A stretch of 64,000 nucleotides of DNA, from contig CM059428.1 of NCBI GenBank assembly GCA_030390025.1, forward strand, positions 156,116,001 through 156,180,000, in the 5' to 3' direction. Shown in pieces: positions 25,265 to 38,421 of the stretch (positions within the stretch are counted from its first letter, which is position 1; each line of letters begins with the position of its first letter). This DNA comes from Squalus acanthias (Eukaryota). The notes beneath the pieces are model-generated. The model did not search any database, had not been told where the DNA came from, and was given only the letters and a program-made list of their open reading frames with translations. Both the position numbers and the translations under genes were made by a program.

Positions 25265-26560
25265 GTAAGACCTTTTCCTATATATATATATTTCTATATA
25301 AATAGCAAGTCTAAGATGTAAAACTATGTATTCAGCAGATGCACTTGTTGGAAGGCTTCTACCAGCTGGTTGAGGGTTTTATCTGACTGAGAGAATTGAT
25401 CTTGCATTATGAGAACATAAGAATTTTTCAGAACAGGAATAGGCCATTCGGTCCAACAAGCCTGTTTCCCCTCCCCCCAGAGATCAACACTACTTTACCT
25501 ACTTTCTCACCATATCCTTCAATCTCATTTCTTTCAGAAATACTAATGCTAAAACCTCAGTGAAGTTTTGGAGATGAGGGGTGGTGTCCTTTGGATCTGT
25601 GATTGAACTAAGGCATTGCTTAGTGTCCCTAAAGAAATTATTGTCTCTTTAACCAGAGTAATTAGAGTGGGAGGAGGCTCATGTGGAACACAAGCCCCAG
25701 CATAGACCCTTTGGACCAGTTGCTGTACTGTAGATTTTGTGTAATTCTATGTATCTATGGTTTCCACAGCCTAGCTGCAAAAGGAGATACACAAATGACT
25801 TCAAGACTATTCAAATATATTCAAAACTGAATAAGGAGCGACATTTTCATAGTTAAACTAATTGCATCACTACATTCATTAATTAATATTTACCCTCTTC
25901 ATTTTCTAGGTGAAGAGTACTCAGCAGCTTAACGCGTCTGTCAGCTCCTCACATTTTCAATTCTGCCAGCTTCTCTTCTCTTGTCAGTGTTTTTCTTCTC
26001 ACAGCAACACTGTTTATACACAGAGCTAGCTGCTGGGTACAAGATGCACTGACATTTTAATTTCCAGGCAATAGGTGTCACCTTTATATTTATATAAGTA
26101 ACTTTTACTCGTAAAAATGGCAGAGCAGACTCGATGGGCCAAATTTCCTCTTCCTGTGCTCTTCTGTCCCTGTGACCTTGAATACTTGGAACTAAGAAAA
26201 TATCCCATCAGTGTTCCCAGAACAGTACTGATGCATGCTGAGAAATTAAGTACACTGCACGTGCTCATGCCACACAATGCAAATTCAGCTCACACATTTA
26301 CACCTCAAGTCTGGATGTTATCCAGGTCCTGCTGTAGACTAGTATGGGTTGATAAGGTTCACTTATTTTGACCCTTTGCTGGAGTTGAGCTACAGATCCG
26401 CCATGATCTAATTGTATGGCGGAACATGCTCGAGGGGCAGAATGTTTTTGTGCTTCTATGCTGCAGAGGAGATCAATTTGCCCTTGAACATAGAGATCCT
26501 CTGCTTTAGCAATTCAATATTCCGACACTTAGTGCAACTGTGCTCCAAAGATGATTCATA

Positions 26561-27055
26561 CCCTAGCAGCGAGGTCGAGGCCCAGGAGTGGCGCAGCGTG
26601 GACCAGCAGCGGGGTCGGGAGGACCAAACTGCAGCCTATGAAACCCAGGCAGAGAGGACCTGCGGGAAGGAGGGAGGAGGACAGTAGGAGTATGTTTGTG
26701 TGTGTGTGTGTGCTAGGCCGATGTAGCAGAGCCTGGTCTCCAGTCGTCTTGGATCCCCTTGCCATTGGACCAAGACCTTGCTCTGTCAAGCCCATGTGGT
26801 AGCTGGTGTGCAACGGCCACCCCACGTTAAAAGAATTCACGCACAGACATCTTCCACCCAAGCGCAAACAGCGGAAGGAGCGCACGTCAACCCAAGCACC
26901 CCACCCGCCCGCCCCTTCAACCACCGTCTGCCCCACCTGTGACAGAGACTGTAGGTCCCACATTGGACTCATCAGTCACCTGCGAACTCATTTTTAGTGT
27001 GGAAGCAAGTCATCCTCGGTTCCGAGGGACTGCCTAAGAAGAAGAAGAAGAAGAA
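26561..27055 (+). mobile_element. RTE-clade non-LTR element, internally deleted (5' region joined to ORF C-terminus and 3' tail)
   Basis: C-terminal zinc finger CPTCDRDCRSHIGLISHLRTH, short 3' UTR, (AAG)n tail, approximate TSD aagatgattcata / aagaatgatcata. Confidence 0.8.
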
Positions 27056-28277
27056 TGATCATAGGTTTGGGTTTTATCATTACAAGACAATGGCAGTCAT
27101 TTTTCTAACCCTCCAGTCGTTACTTTAACTCAACTACAGTTATTATTTGTGCATTATAAGTTACAAACAGCTTTCATTATCATTGTGTTTAGATTTTCAT
27201 AATCATCAATATTCAATTGCTTCATTAAATTTGATCTTTGGTCAACAATCTGGATTTTAGTTGAGTTGTAGGCAGCAGCACTTTCAATCACATGTCAAAA
27301 TGGCATGGCTGGAAGGAAAACTGAAGAGAATTCAGAGTGGGTGCTTTACATGAGAAGGTGATGTCCTCCATACATGATTTTTTTTCTGCCGATGGCGTGG
27401 TATAAAAAAAAAAGAGAAAGGTGGAAATGACGATTTAGAAGATTGCATCACACAGGCGTGTGCAGCCATGTCCCCTTTCCCTGCACTCCAGCAGTGATGC
27501 ATTGTGTGAAGCGCTTTGCAACATTTGCGTTGCATCATTTTGACTTGATAAAAGCCGCTGCACACAATGAACAACTATTGAAGTGTAATGACTGTTGTTA
27601 TGCACCCAACACACACAGTACTATCAGGTTCCTTACTGCCCACACTTGTATCTTGTACTCACGTTTTGTGTTCCCAGATTGTGTATAGAATTGGAAATAG
27701 CTTCATTGGCGAATTTAGAGAAGGCAATAACTATTAAGTGGCTTACTTGTTTTATTGAAAGATGAACTGCAGTTTGAAAAATAATTAGCTTAATGGCTAT
27801 AGTGCAGCTCCCATTCAAAAATCCAGTTGGCGAGAGATTCTTACTCTTTGGAGATTAGCTGCGCATTAGTTCCCTTAATTTTCAGGTAAAAGTGGGTTGA
27901 AATAATTGTATTTAACAATGCAATAAACCAGGAAGAACAAAGAATGTTCAGTGCCCTCAGCTTGTGATCTCGGGCCATGACATGACATGTTTTGGCAAGT
28001 TGCCTTATTTGGAAAACATGCATGTCAAATGGCTACCAATAAAATAGATCCATTTCTATCATTGTTTTATTACACTGGATTGCTCTGGTTAAACATTCTT
28101 AATGATTCTAATGCTGGTGACAATTTGCAAGTGCTTAACATTTGTGCAGAGAATGGTGGTTTAGTACAATTATGATAAAATGTATTATGAATCTGAAATG
28201 CATATTTATGAAACAAAAATTGTATCTTCTATTTCTAAGTGGAATATTTTCTTATTGTGTTTTACTTTCCCCCTCAG

Positions 28278-28371
28278 AGCGTTATGAACATGATGCATGT
28301 TATCAGTATTCCATATTCATTAATGAAGGTGAACCCCCTTTCATGGATACAAAAAGTCTATGCATATAAGG
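28278..28371 (+). CDS. DIP2C: DIP2C exon 7: SVMNMMHVISIPYSLMKVNPLSWIQKVYAYK
   Basis: cctcag| and |gtaagt, 94 nt, phase 0 to 1. Confidence 0.95.
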
Positions 28372-28595
28372 GTAAGTACTGATAATTATGCAGAAGGAGT
28401 TGTTTAAAGGGAATGTGATTGAGTGTTACTCCTGCGTTTTCATTGATCGAATATAAGAGCACTTTTTAGTTTTGACTGTTGATGTAACAAAGTTGCAGTC
28501 TGATCAAACCTGTGCAAAGGAATGCTAAGATTTGGGTTTTATTTTAAAATTAAGAGCGAATTCTGAGAGAATGATTTAATTCCATGTAATTCCAG

Positions 28596-28715
28596 CTAAA
28601 GTGGCTTGTGTGAAGTCGAGGGACATGCACTGGGCCTTGGTGGCACACAGAGACCAGCGAGACATTAACCTCACCTCACTACGGATGCTAATTGTCGCAG
28701 ATGGAGCCAACCCTT
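28596..28715 (+). CDS. DIP2C: DIP2C exon 8: (A)KVACVKSRDMHWALVAHRDQRDINLTSLRMLIVADGANP
   Basis: ttccag| and |gtaagt, 120 nt, phase 1 to 1. Confidence 0.96.
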
Positions 28716-29403
28716 GTAAGTAGCTGCCTCCTTTATTAATCCTGTTGTTTTAAAACAAAATGCAGCATAAATCATTTGATCTGTAGCTTGCAACATTTTA
28801 ACTCCAATGCAATATTTAGAGTAGTGCGAAGGATGCTTTCAAGAGCACTTCAGAATAGTCACCTGTGATTTCCAGTGTTGTCACCTAGTGTGAGACTAGA
28901 AAGTGCTAACAAAATACTGCACTTAACTGTAGAAATCTCTGAATTTGCAAAATACTTCATCAACTAGGATTATTTTGTACATAACCTCACCTGAGTATTA
29001 TTTCATCATAATGTTAAATTGAAATGCAAAAATGTACCACCTCTATTCTTAAAATCTGGTGAAAATTACTATAGGTTTTCGATAATGTGGGTTTAATTCT
29101 ATCTATGAGCTATTTTTAATTCACTCATTAACTCTTTTTTGCATAATTTTCTTTCTGTTTTAAATCAGTGCAATTCGCAATATATTGGAAAGATGTTAGC
29201 GGTTGAACTAAAAATATATTACAGTAGCTTGGGCTGGTGGGGTGTGTGGGTTAAGTTAATGCAGTGAGTTAGACAGACTTGCATTTATATAGCGTCTTTC
29301 ACGGCCACCGGACATCCCAAAGTGTTTGACAGTCAGTGAAGTACTTTTTGAAGTGTAGTCACTGTTGTAATGTAGGTTGCAGCACTGTCTTTTCACTTTT
29401 ACA

Positions 29404-29848
29404 GTGTCAGCTGTGGCTCAGTGGGTAGCACACTCATCTCTGAGTCAGAAGGTTGTGGGTTCAAGTCCCACTCCAGAGACTTGAGCACATAAAGCTAGGC
29501 TGACACTCCCAGTGCAGTGCTGAGGAAGTGCTGCACTGTCGGAGGTGCCGTCTTTCGGATGAGACGTTAAACCGAGGCCCCGTCTGCTCTCTCAGGTGGA
29601 CGTAAATGATCCCGTGACACTATTTTGAAGAAGAGCAGGGGAGTTATCCTCGGTGTCCTGGCCAATATTTCTCCCTCAACCAACATAACAAAAACAGTTT
29701 ATCTGATCATTATCACATTGCTGTTTGTGAGACCTTGCTGTGCGCAAATTGGCTGCCGCGTTTCCCACATTACAACAGTGACTTCACTTCAAAACGCTTT
29801 GAGACATCTGGTGGTCATGAAAGGCGCTATATAAATGCAAGTCTTTCT
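29404..29848 (+). mobile_element. Full-length DeuSINE (SacSINE1-like)
   Basis: A box TGGCTCAGTGG 29414-29424, B box GGTTCAAGTCC 29458-29468, Deu-domain ggaggtgccgtctttcggatgagacgttaaaccgaggcccc, tail gcgctatataaatgcaagtc. Confidence 0.9.
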
Positions 29849-31546
29849 CCGGGTCATGGTTAGACTCCCGCCCAAACTGATGGGGTGGCAGTCTTCACTC
29901 CCTGACTGCTGCGAGACGCGTGGATTTGGGCAGTTTCATCAGCACAGTGCTGCCCATAGTTTGGTGCAATTGGCACTAAGTTGAATATCTCATTAAGAGG
30001 GGACCACCAGGATAGTGGGTGGAATAGGGAAGGAGTGGCGGTGGTACAAGAGGTGCTCTTCTAAGGCTCAGGCATAACACGCATTGGGGGGATGCTTTCT
30101 GCATTTAGAAACTGGGGTATCGATGTAGAAATTATCAGTTTATTTCACCGGCAGTGAATAGAAATACTAATTACTTCAGTTTTCCACTGGATGAATTGTA
30201 TGGCTAGGTTTTTGCCGGTGAGGCTAGCAAAATCTACTTGTGTAGATTATAGTGAAAATTATATTCAAATTAGTTTACTATTGCACTTGCAATGATTTAA
30301 TTTACATATTCAAACCGTGGTATTTTCGAAGAGGAATGAAATATACAACTGAGCAGTACTTTAGAACTTTAAATACAAACCAAGTTTATGCAATCTGTCC
30401 TCATAATTTTACCATTCTGGTGAATCTGTGCTGTACCCCCCGCCAATATTTCCTGAGGTTCTGTGCCCAAAACTGCACGCAGCGCTCCAGATGGGGTCTG
30501 ACCAAGGCTCTACACAACTGAAGCATAACTTCCTCTCTTTTGTCTTACTAACCCCCCCTGAGATAAAGGCCAACATTTTGTTCGCCTTTGGTTTGATGAC
30601 TTTTTTTCACCTTTTTGCTGCATTTGCCTCTGACGATTGCGCGCCAAACATAATCCTTTGGTTGTGAGGCCCTTTGGGAAATTCAAGGATGTGATAAGAT
30701 GCTGTATAAATATAATTTCTTTCTTCAAAATGAACAATTAGCTTGACTATGTCCCAATCAATTCAGTTGGGCGGAGGGGTTGTGTGAATTTTGTTAACTA
30801 AAATGATAACTAATATCATTAATGAAAAATAAATAATTTCTGTTAACTAAAAAAAATCATAATTAAAACTAAGTTACTAAAATTGTATATAAAACTAATG
30901 CTAGCTAAAACTAAAATTATTTTTTGCTACTGTATCTACCCTTATGTCCTTGCCTACACTGATTTATAGTCGTAATAGATTAAACATTGTACAGTACTGG
31001 GCTGGATATTGGGCAGGGAGCTATTATTGACTTGTGTCCTCTTCATGTGCTGATCTGCATTCTTCTCCTTGGGAGCAGTTAAGGTAAGGGTTGTTTTTTG
31101 TTGGGTCGATAGGAAGTGCTCCAGTCTGCCTAGGACTTTCCCAGCTGTGGGTGAAAGTCATAAATCACAAGTTCTGACTGAAGTGTGCCATGGTTATTTT
31201 AGTTGTGGGCTGGGATGGAGGTTGATCCATTCTGTCACAGTCGGGGGATTCATTTGTGAGATGCTACCATTATGAAGGGGAAGCCTGTTTTCAAGTGGGT
31301 AAACCTATTTGGTGTGGAGTTGGATATACAGGAATAATAAAGGAAGTTGTAGTCTTGATGGCCTCTGGGACTGTTGTGCAAATTTCAACCTCTTCAAGTA
31401 ACCTCCTCATTGTAAAAGTAAATTCTATGCAATTGCCTAGCATTTAGTTCTCACTTAGCAAAAAGATAGGACTTGCATTGCGAGATTTAGATTGGTCCCC
31501 AAAGTTAAAAGTTATTCTAATATTTCATGAATGTTTTGTTCATTAG

Positions 31547-31661
31547 GGTCCATTTCTTCCTGTGACGCATTCCTTAATGTCTTCCAAAGCAAAGGATTGC
31601 GTCCTGAAGTAATCTGTCCTTGTGCCAGTTCACCAGAAGCTCTTACCGTGGCTATCCGCAG
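31547..31661 (+). CDS. DIP2C: DIP2C exon 9: (W)SISSCDAFLNVFQSKGLRPEVICPCASSPEALTVAIR
   Basis: cattag| and |gtatgg, 115 nt, phase 1 to 2. Confidence 0.96.
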
Positions 31662-32539
31662 GTATGGCATTGAGTTGTTTGACATACAAAGCAGTAAGTA
31701 ATGAGTGAGGAGGTAGGTTTTAATCTGTTTTAGTGCTACAGAAAGTGTTTTGATGATAAGCCTTTGCAAGATGAACATGTAGCTGTCAATTGGCAAGCCA
31801 ATTCAGATGTTAACTTCATTGTGTAGTTCATTACTCATCCTGTTAATACCCCCCACTTTCATCCTGCCTGGCCCCACACTGTCTTTCTAGCCTGGGGATC
31901 TGAACTGCAGATGCCTTCACAGCTGCTGTCAATTCTGTTCTGTATCAGGCAAAAGAGGACATATTTCACACTTGCCAACCTTGCTTGAAGAAAAATCAAT
32001 GGTGTTTGGTAAAGCGGAATGAAGTGTTCAGTCCTGTTTTCCATAAAGGCCAGCAAGGAACAGTTATTTTTTTCCTACTTGTTGTGATGAGAAGGGTGGA
32101 AAAGTTGGAATCTGTACTGCTGTATTGAGTACTCCAGACATCAAAATAAAAATTGGAGTCTTCCCAATGAAATAAATAGAATTGCGCAATTATTCATTCT
32201 TCGGAGAAAAATTGATATTTCTTCCCTCTGAGATGGAGCACTCAACACCCCAAGTGCGTTCAATCTAGAGGTTGGAACTCACTGATTGCAGCGCTGGGTA
32301 ATTGAGAACGTCCTTTGGGACTCGGATTTAAACTCGAGAATTCTGAATTAGGTGACAAGTTCTTACTAAGCAACCAGCTTTCTTTTGGTATGGGGAAATT
32401 TAACACACTTGAACAATCACTGCGCTACTGTCTGATGATCAATTTTCACATTAACAACATTCTTCTATAAATCTTTCTTTAAAAAAAAATGTACTTGAGA
32501 TTCTCTTCATGAAATTTGAAGTGTGTGAGTTTATTTTAG

Positions 32540-32679
32540 GCCAACAGATGATACCAACCAGCCTCCTGGCCGAGGTGTCCTCTCTATGCATGGCCTGAGC
32601 TATGGGGTGATAAGAGTGGACTCTGAGGAAAAGCTCTCTGTCCTGACTGTGCAAGATGTTGGAATGGTGATGCCTGGAG
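32540..32679 (+). CDS. DIP2C: DIP2C exon 10: (R)PTDDTNQPPGRGVLSMHGLSYGVIRVDSEEKLSVLTVQDVGMVMPG
   Basis: ttttag| and |gtatgg, 140 nt, phase 2 to 1. Confidence 0.96.
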
Positions 32680-33987
32680 GTATGGCTTGATGGAATAAAT
32701 TTATTTTGCTTCCTGTTTTATCAACTCAACATGGAGATTAAGTTAATCAGTTTTAAATGAATTGTGCTTTGTGCTATGTTTTCTGATTCTTTCGACAGCA
32801 TCTCAGTGAATTATTAAAAAGTCTCAGTGAATTATTAAAGAAGTCTTTAAAATATGGTGTACACATATCAAATGTAGCAACAATTTTCAATGCCCTTGCT
32901 CACAGAGGAGGAGGATGATGCTTCTTGAATATATAGTTCTGTGTTAATTAAGTTTGATGGTTGGATTTTCACTTATTTTAGCAGAGAATATTTTTATATA
33001 AATGATTTCAATCTAGTATTATGTTACGCTAGTGTGACATTGACTTGATAGTGATGTGATAGTCATCAGCTTCCATTTAGGAAATTGAAAACTTAATTTC
33101 TTCATTCATATTTATTTTACAAATGTTCAAGTGAACATATTACAAAAATTTAAAATACAAACTTTTTTCAAACTAATTGTTTTTCACAAAATACAACTGC
33201 AGACTTTTTTTGTTTATTTTTGCATATCCTCACACTGAATGGAAATTAAAGTAGCAACGTCCTACCTGACACTACAGAGAATTGCATAGAAATTACAACA
33301 CACACTCCGGCCATTCGGCCTAACTAGTACATGTTGCTGTTCATCCTCCACATGATGCGTACATATTGTATTAAAAAAAACAACGTTGGCCTCTCGCGAG
33401 GCCTCTCTATTTCCCATTGTCTCAAACAACGATTGCTGGAGGATCTATTTCAAAGAGTTTTGGTCAGTTGATTCCTGCTACAGTGCACAGGTGTAAATAT
33501 GTTATTGCTATTCAATAATATTTGTAATTGAACAAACTCCAGGACACTCATCCAACTATATAGCCCATGCTATTCAGCTTCAAGCAGTTCTATTTTATAG
33601 ATGGCTCACCCATGGTCCCAGTAGCACATAAGCCATCATGGTCCAAAGAATTATCTCCGGCTATCCCTAACTTTATAATCTTCAGTGGGTTTCTTCAACT
33701 TATATTTATTCCCCTGGTTTTAAAAGAAATAATTGAGTATATTAGCTGCTGTTGTTGGGATCTATTCCACATATCCACCAACACTGTGGGACTTTTTTTC
33801 CTCATCTTTATTTTTAATTGAGACACATTAATTTTATTCTGTGGTCACACACATTTAATTAACCTCGCTGTACCTATATTGTCCATGGCTATTAATTCAG
33901 ATACTTGGAACGTGTCTTCTCTGATTTTCTTCCTCAATGAAAACCATTCAGTTCCATGTCTATTTCTTCATGACATAAGAACTAAAG

Positions 33988-34390
33988 TACTTGCATTTAT
34001 ATAGTGCCTTTCATGTCCTCTGGATATTCCAAGGTGCTTCACACCCCACAAATTATTATTTTTTTTTTAAAAAAGTGTGATCATTATTATAATGTAGGCA
34101 AATGCGGCAGCCAATTTCTGCACAGCAAGATTCCACAGAAAGCAGTAAGATAATTGACGCGTTAATCTTTCTTTGCCAGTGTTGGTTGAGGGCTATGTAT
34201 TCGCCAGAACACTGGGAGAACTTCACTGCTCTTTAAATAGAGTATGGGACCCTTTTTTTCCCACCTAAACAAGCAGATGGGACCTCTGTTCAAAGTCTGC
34301 TGCAAAAGATAGCACCTTCGACAATGCTGCATATCTAAATACTGCATCGAAGTGTGCTCAGATCCTGGAGTGGGCTTGAGACATAGACCC
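33988..34390 (-). mobile_element. Decayed DeuSINE inside an older minus-strand CR1 remnant (about 33700..35140)
   Basis: Reverse-complement similarity to 29404..29848 from tail to B box. Confidence 0.75.
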
Positions 34391-36975
34391 ATAAGTCTTG
34401 GAATCTTAATCGTTGCAATTCTTTGGATGTTCTCCAGTTTATCGATGTCCTTTTGAAGGTACGGTGCTCTGAATAGCTCTCAGATTTCTAACTGTGTCCC
34501 TACCAATGTGTTGTATAGTATTAAAATAACCTGTTTTTACTTGGAATGAAAGGGTCTCAAGTTGGATTGGAGTATTTGATTAGCCCCATTTTCATTAATA
34601 GCAGCTTTGCATTGCGGGATGATAATCATTCTCCGTTCCTTTTACCTTTTCCATCTTTGCTAATGAACACCTATTCGCAGGACACCTGTGTTTCATGTTT
34701 CATATATCAATGTTCATTACATCACATGTGTCCATATTTCAAATCAACTCTGCAGCTCATTCGCTTAATTCATCCATGGACTTTTCAAGGCTAGCGACCT
34801 CAGTTACACCAGTCATTTCGTCACATAGTCTGGTGTCATTAGAGTTATATTATATTAGCGGAGCATCCTCATCCATATGTTTAAGAATAGTAGAGTCAGC
34901 AGGGTATTCATTAGTTGCTGCCTCCACTCCAGACAAAGCTTTTTTTCTATTTATTTCCTGTTAATTCCATAAGCGCTAATCCTCTTTAACAGTGTCAAGT
35001 GGGCGTTCCTACTGAAGGCTTTCCGAAAATGAAGTTAGTTACATCCACTGGACGGCTCTCACCCCCCTCAAAAAAATTCCAGAAGATTTGGCTTTTATTT
35101 TTCTAAAACTATGTTATCTACTCCTTACAGCCTCTGATGTACGTTGATAGCATCCCATATAATGTTCCCAAGCGCATTCCTTGCTCTAAGATTGACTACC
35201 TGGTCTACAATTCACATCTTCCTCCTGTTTCGAACATCCCGGAGGAGTCTGGCATTTGAGTATGTTTTCCATTCCCATGCACTGGCAGCACAGATAATCG
35301 GGGGAGAGACCAAAGCCATGGTGGCATGTTGCCGGGTACTTGCCAATCGAGTAGCTCTCGGGGGCGGTGCAAGAGTGTTGCAGTGCACCAGTGGCCGAAC
35401 CTCATTGGTTCAAATGGTGCGGCAGTCTTCCCAGCCTAGGATTTTCTGTTTGGTTGCACCTATAGTACAACGTTATTGATGTGCGCAAGTAAAAAAAAAC
35501 AGTTACACAGAGAGCACACAGGCAGGAGAAGTTATTTCCTGGTTGTCTTAAAGTTGTGTGTCCAGTGGCTTAGTGCCTTTTTTTTTCTCACTTGCCTCTT
35601 AAGGGTACACATCCCATAATTTTGGATCTGCTGCTCAGATTTTCTGCTTCACCCATTTGGTTCGCTTCCTGCACAAATCCAAAGCTACAATCATATCTGT
35701 GAATAATTATTCACAATGAGCTGGCTAACTTGGCTCCAGCATCGTGGCACAATAAAGTTCAGTTGCGCTGGTAGCAGAAAATCAGCCCTTTAATTCTGTG
35801 AAGCCCTTCATGACCCATGGTTTACTGACTTCTAAGAAAAAATTTCCACTTATACAGCGCCTTATTGGCTGGCATTTCCTGCATCGGCCTAACCGGCAAG
35901 TTACGCCAAAATCTTTACCGAAATTTACACTGATCTTGCCATTGGTAACTTACATTGAAATTACCTAATGCTCATTATACTACACCGGAACACACAAAAC
36001 TGGCGTAAATGCAGGAAACTCACGTTCTTTTGCGTGGGGTGGGCGGTGAAGCTATGTTGATGAATGACGAGAGGTTCCTGGCAGAGGTGTCGCATGAATT
36101 GACGCTAGAATCAAGGAAACTTTGGGCGTAGCATAAACACCTGACTTTCTTCAATCCTTTGCATGCGCTGAAAGTTGGCATTATACCATGCTTAGACCAA
36201 AGCGGCTCAGAAAAATATGTGGAAATTCGGGGTCAGTATGTCCTCAGGACATCACTGCGTAAGCAGTGAATCAATACATTCTCTCCTTCCCCCTCACCCC
36301 AACAGTAAAGGTAAGATTAGAGTTACAACTTAATTTCTCAGCTGAGAATCTTGTATTCAAACAGACCATAAAAATATCCCACTCCATTATTTAAAAAGTG
36401 CACTCTTCACAGTATAAGCTGGTGGAATTTCCCCAAACTGATTTGTTCGTAAAGACACCTCATTCTTGCGCTGCCACAATTTCTATGAATTGCTTTCTTC
36501 TCGTTCCAAAAATACACACGTCAGGGAAGCTATGTGGATTCAATTGTCAATATATTAATATAATTTGAATGTATAGTCATTTCACAATACATTGATTTAA
36601 TCAAAGGAATGATTACAAAACGTATTTAACAACTTAAAGTAATCTGAAAGATTTTACTTAAGTCATTTAAATATTGTAGATTTAAGTGTAGACTACTTGA
36701 CTTGGACTTTAAGTATTCTCTGCAGTAATGGCCCTGAAGAAAATAAAAGATTATAATAGCTCTGATTAGGAGGTCACCTCTGCACATTCTAAATGAGAAC
36801 TTCTGCTGACTTTCGATTTACAACTTAAATGTAATTACCCAGTGCCACGTTTCTTATTTGACAGAACTGATATTAGTCACGCACTCAGTAAAGATGTACT
36901 AGAATAGCTGGATCTATAAGTTTTTAAATTTTATGTTGTTGAATTAAGGTTGTCATGTCTTATGTTTTTCTGCAG

Positions 36976-37112
36976 GTGTGATGTGTGTCGTAAGACCAGA
37001 AGGAATCCCGTTACTCTGTAGGACTGATGAAATAGGCGAGCTCTGTGTATGCTCCATTGCTGCGGGTACATCCTACTACGGCCTATCAGGGATGACTAAG
37101 AACACTTTCGAG
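36976..37112 (+). CDS. DIP2C: DIP2C exon 11: (G)VMCVVRPEGIPLLCRTDEIGELCVCSIAAGTSYYGLSGMTKNTFE
   Basis: ctgcag| and |gtacga, 137 nt, phase 1 to 0. Confidence 0.96.
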
Positions 37113-38117
37113 GTACGAAACATACAGCCACTTTATATTTTGCCGACAAGATGCACATTCTTGTTGTAAAAAGGAAAAGTTCAATATTTTTGTTACCAAA
37201 AGCATCCTGCTCCGTGCTGATGAGACTTCAGCAATTTTGGTTTTTAAGCAGCTGAAAGCACAGTTGGGAAATTTGAAATGTCACCCAGATGCAGCAGGAC
37301 TGTTCGACAAAGGCTGAGGGTATTGCCAGCAAATTGTAAGGAGCTGTTTTGCAAATGCTCATGGTGAATGTAAGGGTTCAGTTCACAAGCTTCTGCTGGC
37401 AGTGCAAAGCTTCGCTACTAAAGTTTTGATCACCTGAGTAGGTTGGAGAGGAATTTTCCAGCGTATTTTTTCCCTTATTGGCCCTGGGTTTTTTCTCTCT
37501 TTTTTGCCTTTCCCAGGAGATGACATGGCTGCGGGGGTTGGTGGGGGAGAGGGAGGGGTTTAGTCATCATGCCCCCGGCCATCGTGGTGTTGGGCAGCCT
37601 CGATGGACCAGCTGGTCTTTTCCTGCCCGCCAATTACTTATCCTTGGGGCGCAGGTTGTGAAATCAGGCCAGTGTGCCGATTCACTGCAGGTCACATTTT
37701 TGTGGGGAAAAATAATTTTTTGATTGCATGCAGGCTTATTAAACGTTGAAAAAAAAATCTGCAAATGTGTTAAATTTTACAGCTTTCTTCCCACATTTCT
37801 GTTGCTATCCTGCAAGAGAATTTAAATCTGACACCAAATATAGTTTGCAACTTAAACCTTTTATTGTGTCCAACCAAGTCTTTGACACACTCGATGTCTC
37901 TAAGCAGTAGTCATATAGAGCAATAAACGCAATTAACCCCATTTTTCCTCTGGGTAGAGACTTCACCTTCATCGAACCTTTCCTTCTCGTCTCTCGCTAC
38001 AAATTGTGAAGGAAAGCTCAAAATCTTTATAGACCTCTAGTCACGTACTCTGTCCTTGATGATTCATTTTGTCCTGATAACAGTTTTTGTGAACAAGACC
38101 ACCAGAAATGAGGGAGT

Positions 38118-38421
38118 TCATAAGAACATAAGAAATAGGAGCAGGAGTAGGCCATTCGACCCTTTGAGCCTGCTCCGCCATTCAATGAGATCATGGCTCA
38201 TCTTCTGCCTCAACTCCATTCACCAGCCCTATCGCCATATCCCTTGATGCCCTTACTAGTCAGAAATCTATCGACTTCTGTTTTGAATATACCCAATGAC
38301 TGAGCCTCCACAGCCCTCTGGGGTAGAGAATTCCAAAGATTCACCACCCTCTGTGTGAAGAAATTTCTTCTCATCTCAGTCCTGAATGGCCTACCCTTTA
38401 TTTTGAGGCTGTGGCCCCTGT
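38118..38421 (-). mobile_element. CR1 LINE 3' end
   Basis: RGHSLKIKGRPFRTEMRRNFFTQRVVNLWNSLPQRAVEA; (cataagaa)n tail. Confidence 0.9.

Noticed and set aside
29404-29475. tRNA gene
   Set aside because: A and B boxes are present but run straight into a Deu-domain SINE body; this is a SINE head.
32801-32845. Direct repeat tctcagtgaattattaaa, two copies
   Set aside because: Simple slippage-type tandem duplication; no array or spacer structure.
37217-37230. ctgatgagac as another hammerhead core
   Set aside because: No stem II followed by a GAAA box downstream.
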